Shown in pieces: positions 46,132 through 55,120 of a DNA stretch of 60,350 bases. Source of the DNA: an uncultured Candidatus Saccharibacteria bacterium (GTDB lineage: Bacteria; Patescibacteriota; Minisyncoccia; Phycocordibacterales; UBA5272); contig CAZNZQ010000002.1 in the NCBI GenBank assembly GCA_964577675.1, positions 1 through 60,350 of the forward strand, written 5' to 3'. The position numbers and the translations under genes were made by a program. The notes beneath the pieces are model-generated. The model was not told the origin of the DNA. It ran no database searches and saw only the letters and a program-made list of their open reading frames with translations. Position 1 is the first letter of the stretch, and every line of letters starts with the position of its first letter.

Positions 46132-47223
46132 ATGTCACAGAAAGTTTTACTCTCAGGGATTCAAGCAACAGGGAAGTTACATTTTGGTAACTACTTTGGT
46201 GCGATGAAGCAAAATATCGACCTTGCGAATAGTGGTGACTACGAGCCGTATATTTTTGTGGCGGACTATCATGCGCTCACGACAGTAAAAGATAAGAACG
46301 CTCTCCGTGAGAGTTCTCTAGAAATAGCAGCTGCGTATATCGCGTGCGGCCTTGAACTTTCTAAAGCAACACTCTTTCGCCAGTCGTCAGTCCCTGAGCA
46401 CACAGAACTAGCATGGGTGTTTAATAACGTGGTAACAATGCCATATCTTATGCGTGCACATGCATTTAAGGCACATATAGAAAAAAGTAAAAGTATGTTC
46501 TGGGGAGACAAGCTCGATGTGATTAGTAACGAGTTCAAAAAGTACGACCTCTCAGAAACTGAAAAACTAAATCTGATCACAGAAAATATGGCTATGATTA
46601 TGGGAGAGCTTAACGTCGGACTTCTCGACTACCCAGTCCTCATGGCAGCAGATATTCTCATGTATCAGGCAGATATTGTGCCAGTAGGGCAGGATCAGAA
46701 GCAGCACGTCGAGTATGCTCGTGATATTGCAGGCTTCTATAATCGCGCGTGGAATGTCGAGCAGTTCAAGCTTCCAAAAGAAATGATTCTCGAATCTGTT
46801 GCTACTATCCCAGGTGTTGACGGTGCGAAGATGAGCAAGAGTAAAGGGAATGTCATCTCACTTTTTGGAACAGACGAAGAGGTGAAGAAAGCGGTAATGG
46901 GAATTGTTACTGACTCAGCGCGTCCAGAAGACAAAAAGAATGCTGATGAGAACAATATTTTTAATATTCATAAGCATTTCTTAGACGAAGCGAGTCAAGC
47001 AGTCCTTCGTGCAAAATTCGAAGACGGAGGTTATAGTTACAAAGAGGCAAAAGAAGAATTACTCGCGACGATAATGAGCTGGAGAGCAGGGAAGAAAGAA
47101 AAGTTCGACGAACTAATGAGTAACCCTGAACAGATTGTTGCAATCCTAGAAGGAGGTGGAAAGAAGGCTCGTGCAAAAGCTCAGCAAACAATGTCTCAAG
47201 TGAGAGAACAGGTTGGTCTATAA
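46132..47223 (+). CDS. trpS: Tryptophanyl-tRNA synthetase
   Basis: Contains GIQATGKLHFGNYFGA (HIGH-type) and KMSKS. Confidence 0.9.
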   Translation: MSQKVLLSGIQATGKLHFGNYFGAMKQNIDLANSGDYEPYIFVADYHALTTVKDKNALRESSLEIAAAYIACGLELSKATLFRQSSVPEHTELAWVFNNVVTMPYLMRAHAFKAHIEKSKSMFWGDKLDVISNEFKKYDLSETEKLNLITENMAMIMGELNVGLLDYPVLMAADILMYQADIVPVGQDQKQHVEYARDIAGFYNRAWNVEQFKLPKEMILESVATIPGVDGAKMSKSKGNVISLFGTDEEVKKAVMGIVTDSARPEDKKNADENNIFNIHKHFLDEASQAVLRAKFEDGGYSYKEAKEELLATIMSWRAGKKEKFDELMSNPEQIVAILEGGGKKARAKAQQTMSQVREQVGL

Positions 47224-47231
47224 GATAAAGA

Positions 47232-47255
47232 AAAAGGCGCCCTAGGGCGCCTTTT
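47232..47255. terminator. Bidirectional terminator
   Basis: aaaaggcgccc-ta-gggcgcctttt. Confidence 0.8.
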
Positions 47256-47281
47256 GAACAAGAAGACATGCGCGACGGCGC

Positions 47282-47449
47282 TTATGTGCGGCCTTCGTTC
47301 TCCTGTGTTGCATCGTCGCCGTCTTCAGAGCCGGCGGCGATGTCTTCGCTCAGCCGCTGGTTGCAGCGAGCACGGACACCGCCTTCTTGTGGCGTTGCTG
47401 AGCCGGGGACGTGGTCCTCGGGGGTTTCTCGTGGGTTGGTGGTTGCCAA
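47282..47449 (-). CDS. GC-rich 55-aa acidic low-complexity ORF with a TTG start, hypothetical
   Basis: AAGGAG lies 6 nt upstream of the TTG (complement of 47447-47449). It ends just before the terminator at 47232-47255. The sample line (47341-47400) counts 38/60 G+C. It is below the track size cutoff. Confidence 0.25.
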   Translation of the reverse strand: MATTNPRETPEDHVPGSATPQEGGVRARCNQRLSEDIAAGSEDGDDATQENEGRT

Positions 47450-47560
47450 AGCGTTCTCCTTAAGATCGTTATCTGTTATGACGTAACAGCACGTCTAAAA
47501 ATCCTATCATGTAAATAAAATGGAGACAATATAACTACTTTTTGCTATAATAAAACTTCT

Positions 47561-48976
47561 ATGCGTACCTATATTAAAGATATTTCTTCATCTGTTGGGA
47601 AAGAGGTTGTTGTAAAAGCCTGGGTAGACATTCGTCGTGACCAAGGGAAAATGGTGTTTTTGGACTTTCGTGATGTTACTGGTAAGGTGCAGGGAGTTGT
47701 GCTTCCTAATCATACAGACGCACTCGAAGTCGCTCAGAAACTCCGTACCGAGTGGGTGGTAGAGGTAAAGGCTCAGGTCAATAAACGCCCAGAGAGAAAT
47801 ATAAAGGCAGGTGCTTTAAACGGCGATGTCGAACTCGAAGTACTCTCTCTCACGGTTCTTAACGAAGCAACGACACCAGCGTTTGATATCTCTACAGATG
47901 GATACGAAGTCGGAGAAGAGGTGAGATTAGAGAAGAAATATCTTGACCTTCGTCGTGCGCGTTTGCAGAGGAATGTGCAGATGCGTCACAAGGTAATTAA
48001 GCTTGTTCGAGATGAGCTCGACCGCCAAAACTTTTTTGAAATCGAGACACCACTTCTCACTAATCCGACACCAGAAGGGTCACGCTCATATCTTGTGCCT
48101 TCTCGTCTATGGCAAGGGTCATTCTACGCTCTTCCTCAGTCTCCACAGCAGTATAAGCAATTGCTTATGTCATCAGGTTTTGAAAGATACTTCCAGATTG
48201 CTAAATGTATGCGCGATGAGGATACTCGTGGTGATAGGCAACCTGAGTTTACTCAGATGGACTTGGAAATGAGTTTCGTAGAAAGAGAAGATGTGATGAA
48301 AGTTAACGAAGACCTTTTGATTAAGATAGTTACGAACCTTTTTCCAGAGAAGAAAATTCAGCAGGCACCATTCCCTCGTTTTACTTACAAGGAAGTAATG
48401 GAAAAATATGGAAGTGATAAGCCTGATATACGAGAAGACAAGAATGACCCTAATCTGCTAGCTTTTTGTTGGGTGACTGATTTTCCTGCGTTTGAAAAGA
48501 CAGGAGAAGATAATGTGGATGACACAGGTGCGTGGACATTCACTCATAACCCGTTCACTGGTGTTTTAAATGACTACAAGAATGATCTCCTGGAGAAGAA
48601 GAATATTGAAAACATTATTTCTACTCAGTATGACGTGGCTCTTAATGGGTACGAGATTGGTGGTGGTGGTATTAGACTTCATGACCCAGTTGCACTTCGT
48701 CGTGTATTTGAAATCATGGGGTATAGCGAGGAGAGAATTAATCAGAACTTCGGTCACATGCTAGAGGCACTTGGTTCTGGTACACCGCCACATGGAGGTA
48801 TCGCGTGGGGACTAGATAGACTACTTATGATTCTTCTTAACGAGCCAAATATTCGTGAGGTTATGGCATTCCCAAAGACAGGGGAAGGGAGAGACCTTCT
48901 CATGCAGGCGCCATCGGTTGCAACACCTAAAGTGCTCCGTGAGCTCGGTATTGAAGTAAAAAATAAGAGTAAATAA
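47561..48976 (+). CDS. aspS: Aspartyl-tRNA synthetase, bacterial-type sequence but lacking the GAD insertion domain
   Basis: Contains FYALPQSPQQYKQLL, RDEDTRGDRQPEFTQMD and GGGIRLHD. SDKPDIRED runs directly into FCWVTDFP. It is 471 aa. Confidence 0.93.
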   Translation: MRTYIKDISSSVGKEVVVKAWVDIRRDQGKMVFLDFRDVTGKVQGVVLPNHTDALEVAQKLRTEWVVEVKAQVNKRPERNIKAGALNGDVELEVLSLTVLNEATTPAFDISTDGYEVGEEVRLEKKYLDLRRARLQRNVQMRHKVIKLVRDELDRQNFFEIETPLLTNPTPEGSRSYLVPSRLWQGSFYALPQSPQQYKQLLMSSGFERYFQIAKCMRDEDTRGDRQPEFTQMDLEMSFVEREDVMKVNEDLLIKIVTNLFPEKKIQQAPFPRFTYKEVMEKYGSDKPDIREDKNDPNLLAFCWVTDFPAFEKTGEDNVDDTGAWTFTHNPFTGVLNDYKNDLLEKKNIENIISTQYDVALNGYEIGGGGIRLHDPVALRRVFEIMGYSEERINQNFGHMLEALGSGTPPHGGIAWGLDRLLMILLNEPNIREVMAFPKTGEGRDLLMQAPSVATPKVLRELGIEVKNKSK

Positions 48977-49087
48977 AAGTAAATCAAGTACGGCTAGGGG
49001 TAGTGCTGCAATTGACTTTATATGCATTAGTGGTATAATAATACCACTGCCAATTCGGCATCGTTGTTATTTACCAGGAGAAGCTTC

Positions 49088-49459
49088 ATGAAATGGTTCA
49101 TCAAGAACTGGCAGCTCATTGCTGCTGATTTCGCGGGCACTATCGCCTTCTGGGCAGCGACGAACGTTGCTGCCCAAGTGCTCCCTGAAAGCGCCAAGAG
49201 TGGTCAGGTGGTCATCTTGAAGGTTGCCACCATGAAGAAGGGTGATACCTGCATCGGGGTGACCAAAAGAGCTGGTCACCCGCTCTCCGGAGCGCAGTGC
49301 GACGCTCTGCTCAAGAGCGTGGGACGCAATGGCAAGGTGGATAGTCGGAATCCGATGATGCAGATCGTTATCCCACCGCTGTTCCAAGTGGGTGACCATC
49401 TTCTCTTCGTGCACAGTGGAGGGCAGAAGGGGTGGGTGATGACCCTGACCTCCGAGTGA
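49088..49459 (+). CDS. GC-rich membrane-anchored small protein, hypothetical
   Basis: AGGAG lies 7 nt upstream of the ATG at 49088. It has an N-terminal hydrophobic segment. The sample line (49261-49320) counts 38/60 G+C. TATAAT lies at 49034-49039 and a terminator at 49497-49526. Confidence 0.5.
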   Translation: MKWFIKNWQLIAADFAGTIAFWAATNVAAQVLPESAKSGQVVILKVATMKKGDTCIGVTKRAGHPLSGAQCDALLKSVGRNGKVDSRNPMMQIVIPPLFQVGDHLLFVHSGGQKGWVMTLTSE

Positions 49460-49496
49460 AAGGCGTCAATGCGACGATCTGAAACATCCCTCCAAC

Positions 49497-49526
49497 AAAA
49501 GAGCGGCCCGCCGGCCCGCTCTTTTT
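49497..49526 (+). terminator. Intrinsic terminator
   Basis: aaaagagcgg...ccgctcttttt, a GC-rich hairpin. Confidence 0.75.
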
Positions 49527-49543
49527 CATGGTATAGTTATTAT

Positions 49544-50650
49544 ATGAAAAAATTATTAGTAATTGCTCTCATTCTGAGCTCGTTTGAGTTCTCTTTTGCT
49601 GCTACCACCTTCACGAAGGCTGCCTGGATACCTTACTGGAGAAAGGACGATGGAGCAAGTACTACGCTCGCAAACCTCTCATCATTTACAGAGATTAGTC
49701 CATTTTCTTATGAGGTTACAAGCACTGGCTCTCTCAAAGACGCATCAAAGATTCGAGAAGAGCCGTGGGCGAGCCTTCTTAAAGATGCACAGAAAAGAGG
49801 GATAAAAGTATATCCGTCGATTCTTTGGATTGACCGTCCAGCAATGGAAAAAATACTAAACGATAAGACAGAACGTAAGTATCACATCGAAGAGATTGTT
49901 TCCGAGGTTGTCTATCATAAGTTTGACGGTATTGATATCGACTACGAAGGTAAGAGCGCAGAAACAAGAGAAGGGTTCTCTGCTTTTCTGAAGGAATTAA
50001 GTGCCGCTCTTAAGAAAAAGAATAAGAAACTTATCTGTACCATTGAAGCACGTACGCCGGTTGACTCTAGGTACTTAACAGTCACCAAAGAGCTCTTAGC
50101 TAGGATTGAATATTCGAATGACTTCAAGGTGATAGGAAAAGTCTGCGATCAAGTTAGGTTCATGACGTATGACCAGATAGATGGTGATGTCGTTCTTAGT
50201 AATGCATACAGGTATCAGTTATATAGACCAGTGGCTGATATTGCATGGGTAAAGAAGGTTCTAACGCTAGCTATGAGAGAAATCCCAGCTAGTAAAATAG
50301 TCGTCGGTGTTGCAACGTACGGATATAAGTATGAGTATACAGAGACTCCTAGCGGAATCAGTTACCGCCGTATTGGCTCGATGAATTACAAGTACGCAGA
50401 TGAGCTGGCAAAATCAATCGGAATTACGCCAACAAGAAATAAAGCAGGGGAACTAGAATTCTCATACGCAACTACAACCGACTTAAGTAACAAAACGCCA
50501 GGCACTCTAAAGAACTACTATGTTACTTATTCTGATTCTGGCGCTATACAAGAGAAAATAAGAATCGCTAAGCTCTACAAGCTGGGGGGTGTTGCTATCT
50601 TTAAAATTGATGGAGCACAAGACCCGAAAATATTTGAAGTAATCAAGTAA
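49544..50650 (+). CDS. Secreted glycoside hydrolase family 18 (chitinase/YaaH-like)
   Basis: Signal peptide and the catalytic DGIDIDYE motif. The start is trimmed to MKKLLVIAL. Confidence 0.85.
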   Translation: MKKLLVIALILSSFEFSFAATTFTKAAWIPYWRKDDGASTTLANLSSFTEISPFSYEVTSTGSLKDASKIREEPWASLLKDAQKRGIKVYPSILWIDRPAMEKILNDKTERKYHIEEIVSEVVYHKFDGIDIDYEGKSAETREGFSAFLKELSAALKKKNKKLICTIEARTPVDSRYLTVTKELLARIEYSNDFKVIGKVCDQVRFMTYDQIDGDVVLSNAYRYQLYRPVADIAWVKKVLTLAMREIPASKIVVGVATYGYKYEYTETPSGISYRRIGSMNYKYADELAKSIGITPTRNKAGELEFSYATTTDLSNKTPGTLKNYYVTYSDSGAIQEKIRIAKLYKLGGVAIFKIDGAQDPKIFEVIK

Positions 50651-50698
50651 GGGGAGTAATAACTAGCAACAAGAAACCACTAACTATATACTGTGCCC

Positions 50699-51412
50699 AT
50701 GGAATTTACTATTAAACTAGAGCGCTTTGAGGGCCCTTATACCAAGCTACTCGAACTCATTGAAGCACGGAAACTCTCAATCACAGAAATTTCTCTTGTT
50801 ACTGTTGCTGATGATTATATCGCCCATATCAAAACCTTAGACCAGAAAAATCTTGTCGATATTTCGCAGTTCATAGTGGTTGCTTCTACTCTCATGCTTA
50901 TGAAAGCTAAGTCTCTTCTCCCTGGAATCGTGTATACAGAGGAAGAAGAAAAGCAAATCGAAGATCTTGAAAAGAAGCTCGAACTATATGCATTATTGAG
51001 CGAAGCTCAGAAGCACACTAAAGACATGTTCAACAGTCATCCGCTTTTTAGTCGACCATACAGGTCACAAAAAGATGTAACAGTTTTTGTGCCCGACGAG
51101 CGTGTTACGAAGGAGCTTCTGCAATCGATTGCTTCGATGACCATTATGACATTTCTTGAACCTAAGGCTTTGGTTAAAGTAGCGGTAGAAAAAGCTCTCC
51201 GCATAGAGAATATAATTGAGGCCCTGCTCTTACGTGTTCAGGGTGCGCAAAACGTAAGCTTAAAGAGTCTCGCGAATAATGCAGGGACAGTCGAAGAAAG
51301 AAAAAGAGTACTTATCGTTAACTTCATAGCTATTCTCGAACTGCTCCGTTCGGGGTCACTTATGGCTGACCAAGAGGCCTCTGGGGACATCATCATTTCT
51401 TCCGTAAAATAG
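50699..51412 (+). CDS. scpA: Segregation and condensation protein A
   Basis: Contains FEGPYTKLLELIEARKLSITEISLVTVADDY. The ATG lies 6 nt after TATACT (50687-50692). Confidence 0.9.
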   Translation: MEFTIKLERFEGPYTKLLELIEARKLSITEISLVTVADDYIAHIKTLDQKNLVDISQFIVVASTLMLMKAKSLLPGIVYTEEEEKQIEDLEKKLELYALLSEAQKHTKDMFNSHPLFSRPYRSQKDVTVFVPDERVTKELLQSIASMTIMTFLEPKALVKVAVEKALRIENIIEALLLRVQGAQNVSLKSLANNAGTVEERKRVLIVNFIAILELLRSGSLMADQEASGDIIISSVK

Positions 51413-51442
51413 AAGTAAAATGATACACTCTCAGTACTCGTT

Positions 51443-51949
51443 ATGTTAGAAAAAATTAGCACAATACTTTACCTCTCTGGTGACCCTGTCTCTACGAATA
51501 AAATCGCAGAACTTACTGTAACAACCAGAGAAGAGGTGACAGCCAGCCTCCCACAACTAAAAGAAAAGTTGGAAGCACTCGGGCTTACTCTTATCGTGAA
51601 CGAAACAGAAGTCAGTATTGTGACTAAACCAGAGTATTCGGAGTTAGTCGAGTTATTTAGAAAAGAAGAATTAAAGGGAGATCTTACACCTGCCACATTA
51701 CAGGTCCTTACGCTTGTGGCCTACATGGGTGACGTAACCAGAGAGCAGATTTCATACATTAGAGGCGTGCAATCCGCACAGTCTATACGAACTCTTCTAG
51801 TAAGAGGTTTGATTACAAAAAAGGGAGAGTCTTGCTCTCTGAGTACAGAAGCGCTTCAGATGCTGGGGGTTACCAAGAGAGAAGAGTTGCCTGACTTTGA
51901 CAGAATATCAGGCGAGTTCGTGAAGAAGCTATCTACCAAGGAAGAATGA
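51443..51949 (+). CDS. scpB: Segregation and condensation protein B
   Basis: Contains LSGDPVS and winged-helix repeats (TREQISYIRGV). It follows scpA. Confidence 0.85.
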   Translation: MLEKISTILYLSGDPVSTNKIAELTVTTREEVTASLPQLKEKLEALGLTLIVNETEVSIVTKPEYSELVELFRKEELKGDLTPATLQVLTLVAYMGDVTREQISYIRGVQSAQSIRTLLVRGLITKKGESCSLSTEALQMLGVTKREELPDFDRISGEFVKKLSTKEE

Positions 51950-52920
51950 GAAGAAAGAAAGCGCTTCGACATATAAAAAATGTAGGGGTGGCCACTCCCC
52001 ATGTTTATACCTCAGCTCTTGTGGTTACCGCCTTTTTATTTCTCGTTGTACTTTTACGTGAACCGGTGAGCACTAACCTCGCATCTCGCGATAAAGAAAA
52101 GAAAGCTGCTGTGGAAAGTACTGTTACAATTTTTGATAAAAGAGCATTTGAAGGGATTACTCTTGATGCTAAAGCCTATATTGTATATGACATAGTCGGT
52201 AAAGAGGTGATTGCTTCAAGTAATCTAGAAGAGAGGTTACCGCTAGCTAGTATTACTAAAGTAATGACATCTCTCACTGCACTCTCGCTACTGAAAGACA
52301 AAGAAGAAGTTTTTAATATTGACCCTAGAGCAATAGAAGATGGTTATGATCTAGGTCTCAAAAAAGATCAAAAATGGCACTTGGAGGAATTGCTTAAGTA
52401 TATGCTACTGTTTTCTTCTAACGATGCTGCTCTTGCTGTTGCTGATCACTACGGAGGTCAAAAATTTTTTGTCAAAGCTATGAATGACCTCTCTTTTACA
52501 TACGGGCTTACTGCATCTTTTACTGACCCGGCAGGAAGAGATGAAGAGGGGCAGATAGGTGGGGTGGGCACAGCATTAGATGCGGCCAAGCTGTTTATTC
52601 TGACTAAGACCAGTGCCCCAGACTTGCTCGATGCTACGACAAAGAAAAGACAGAGTGTTTACCCACTCTCAGGTAGACTGACTGGGGTTCCTAACACTAA
52701 TCAATTCATTGAGACTCTTCCTGGCGCTGAAGGGTCTAAAACGGGCTATACGGACCTTGCAGGCGGTAACTTAGGGGTTGTGGTTGATATTTCTTTAGGA
52801 CATCCTGTGGTGCTGGTGGTGCTCGGTTCAACCAAGGAGGGACGGTTTAAGGATATTGATTTACTCTATAAAGCTTTACAAAAAAGTATTGGCTCTGTCC
52901 CCACGAAACAGGGGGAATAA
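51946..52920 (+). CDS. D-alanyl-D-alanine carboxypeptidase (PBP5/S11-like)
   Basis: Contains SITK, SSND and KTGYT, with an N-terminal TM segment. Confidence 0.85.
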   Translation: MRRKKALRHIKNVGVATPHVYTSALVVTAFLFLVVLLREPVSTNLASRDKEKKAAVESTVTIFDKRAFEGITLDAKAYIVYDIVGKEVIASSNLEERLPLASITKVMTSLTALSLLKDKEEVFNIDPRAIEDGYDLGLKKDQKWHLEELLKYMLLFSSNDAALAVADHYGGQKFFVKAMNDLSFTYGLTASFTDPAGRDEEGQIGGVGTALDAAKLFILTKTSAPDLLDATTKKRQSVYPLSGRLTGVPNTNQFIETLPGAEGSKTGYTDLAGGNLGVVVDISLGHPVVLVVLGSTKEGRFKDIDLLYKALQKSIGSVPTKQGE

Positions 52921-52943
52921 TTGTGATATACTAAGGGGTATAT

Positions 52944-54014
52944 ATGCTTGCGCTTGACCCATTTAAGGTGCTTTTGCCCGCGGTACTATCTTTTATAATC
53001 GGTGTTATTGTGGCTCCTATGGTTGGAAGGTTTTTAGTTCGCCATCAGCTTTGGAAGAAGAAAAATGTTTCAAAAACAATTGATGGGAAGGAGGCAACGA
53101 TAACAGCTGCACTGCAAAATGATGAGCAGCGTCCCGCTCCTCGTCTGGGGCGCATAGTGGGCTGGGCGGCTGTCTTTGCAACTGCGCTCTTACTTTGGTC
53201 CATATCAAAAGTCTATCCAACTGTTTTTACAGAAAAACTTGATTTTATTTCTCGTAATCAGACGTGGCTTCCGCTATTTGCAATGTTGGTAGGGGCGCTT
53301 GTTGGAGGACTAGATGACCTTCTCGTTGTCAAGGCTTTCGGTAGTAATCTCAATTCATATATTGGAGGGGGACTTTCTTTCCCAGTGAGACTTCTCGCTG
53401 TTTCTTCACTCGGTCTTTTTGCAGGATGGTGGTTTTACTTTAAGCTTGGAGTAGACACAGTACATATACCTTTTTATGGAGACTTCCAGATGGGCGGACT
53501 GCTTTTTATTTTATTTTTTATTATTGTTACCCTGGCCACCTTTTCGACCGGTGTTATTGATGGGGTCGATGGTCTTTCCGGAGGTGTTATGTCTGCGGTG
53601 TTTACTGCGTATGGCATGATTGCATATCTTCATGGTCAGGTGGACATAGCCACCCTTTGCTTTGTTATTGTTGGGGGGATAATGGCGTTCCTCTGGTTCA
53701 ATATCCCGCCAGCAATGTTTTATCTTACAGAGACTGGAATGCTTGCGCTATCACTGTCTCTTTCTGTAATTGCGTTTCTAACAGATGCAGTGATGTATCT
53801 TCCAATCATTGCGTTCCCGCTCCTTGTTACAACAGCCTCTGTGATTCTCCAACTCTTTTGGAAGAGAGTATTCAAGAAGAAGCTATTCTTGGTGGCTCCA
53901 CTTCATCATCATTTCCAAGCTAAGGGGTGGCCTGCATATAAGGTGGCGATGAGATATTGGATAGTCTCATATATGTGCGCGATACTTGGTGTGGTTACAG
54001 TTCTCATTAGCTAG
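52944..54014 (+). CDS. mraY: Phospho-N-acetylmuramoyl-pentapeptide transferase
   Basis: Contains GGLDDLL, DGVDGLSGG and APLHHHFQAKGW. Confidence 0.9.
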   Translation: MLALDPFKVLLPAVLSFIIGVIVAPMVGRFLVRHQLWKKKNVSKTIDGKEATITAALQNDEQRPAPRLGRIVGWAAVFATALLLWSISKVYPTVFTEKLDFISRNQTWLPLFAMLVGALVGGLDDLLVVKAFGSNLNSYIGGGLSFPVRLLAVSSLGLFAGWWFYFKLGVDTVHIPFYGDFQMGGLLFILFFIIVTLATFSTGVIDGVDGLSGGVMSAVFTAYGMIAYLHGQVDIATLCFVIVGGIMAFLWFNIPPAMFYLTETGMLALSLSLSVIAFLTDAVMYLPIIAFPLLVTTASVILQLFWKRVFKKKLFLVAPLHHHFQAKGWPAYKVAMRYWIVSYMCAILGVVTVLIS

Positions 54015-54019
54015 TGTGT

Positions 54020-55120
54020 ATGTTTGATAGAGTAGATAAGCCACTCCTCATAAGTATTATTCTGCTTCTTCTTAGCGGACTTGTTTTTTTTGGCTCGGCT
54101 GCGCTCGGTGTTCTAGCAGTAAATGAGGTTAAATTTTTTTCCGTTGTTAAAACGCAGCTTATCTACGCTTTGGTTGTTGGTGGTGTGGCATTATCTTTAG
54201 GGGCACTTATTCCATACACTCTGTATAAAAGATATGCATACATTCTTTTTGGCGCCGCACTTATCCTAACATCTCTTGTTTTTGTGCCTGGCCTTTCACG
54301 ATATCACGGTGGCGCACATAGGTGGATAGATATAGGCCCTTTCTCGCTCCAGCCAAGCGAGGCTCTGAAGTTCGCCTTTGTTTTAGTAATTGCCTTTTGG
54401 TGCTCAAGGTATCGTAACGAATTTAAGAACTGGAAGTATGGATTGCTTCCGTATCTCGTTGGGGCAGCTGCTGTGACCGCTATACTCCTCGCCCAGCCAG
54501 ACTTCGGTACGTATATGGTAATAATGGGTGCATCTTTCATCACTTTTTTTGTTGGAGGGGCTAGGAAGAGACATATACAAATTCTAATAGCAATAGGCGT
54601 GCTCGGTTTTATCCTTCTCGTCTCTGTGCGACCATATATGCTCGAGCGAGTTAAAACATTTCTGAGCGCAACACATGACCCCCAAGGTTCTTCTTGGCAG
54701 GTTAATCAGTCGCTTATTGCTCTAGGAGGAGGCGGGTTAACAGGAAGAGGCCTCGGCCAGAGTGTTCAAAAGTTTAACTATCTACCTGAGCCAATCGGGG
54801 ACTCAGTTTTCGCTGTTATAGGAGAGGAGCTTGGTTTTCTCGGCGCTCTCTACCTTATACTTCTTTATGGTATAGTTAGTGTTAGAGGCTACTTCATAGC
54901 CAAGAATGCAGGAGATCAATTTGGTCGTCTTTTAGCAACTGGCATCGTCTCTATAATACTCATTCAGACGACTCTGAATATTGGGTCTATGCTCGGAATG
55001 TTGCCTCTAACGGGTGTCCCATTACCTCTTGTTTCTCACGGAGGGACAGCGTTAGTTGCAGCATTATTTGAACTAGGTGTGCTTCTTAATATTTCAAAAA
55101 CTTCTTCGAATTATTTATGA
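54020..55120 (+). CDS. ftsW: SEDS-family peptidoglycan polymerase (FtsW/RodA)
   Basis: Contains QPSEALKF, GGGGLTGRGLG, PEPIGDSVFAVIGEELG and PLVSHGGT. It lies between mraY and murG. Confidence 0.88.
   Translation: MFDRVDKPLLISIILLLLSGLVFFGSAALGVLAVNEVKFFSVVKTQLIYALVVGGVALSLGALIPYTLYKRYAYILFGAALILTSLVFVPGLSRYHGGAHRWIDIGPFSLQPSEALKFAFVLVIAFWCSRYRNEFKNWKYGLLPYLVGAAAVTAILLAQPDFGTYMVIMGASFITFFVGGARKRHIQILIAIGVLGFILLVSVRPYMLERVKTFLSATHDPQGSSWQVNQSLIALGGGGLTGRGLGQSVQKFNYLPEPIGDSVFAVIGEELGFLGALYLILLYGIVSVRGYFIAKNAGDQFGRLLATGIVSIILIQTTLNIGSMLGMLPLTGVPLPLVSHGGTALVAALFELGVLLNISKTSSNYL

Noticed and set aside
47254-47486. Plus-strand ORFs 47254-47463 and 47268-47486
   Set aside because: Both are extremely Arg/Ser/Leu-rich. 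They start inside or at the terminator hairpin and lack an SD. They are the likely antisense shadow of the minus-strand GC-rich ORF.
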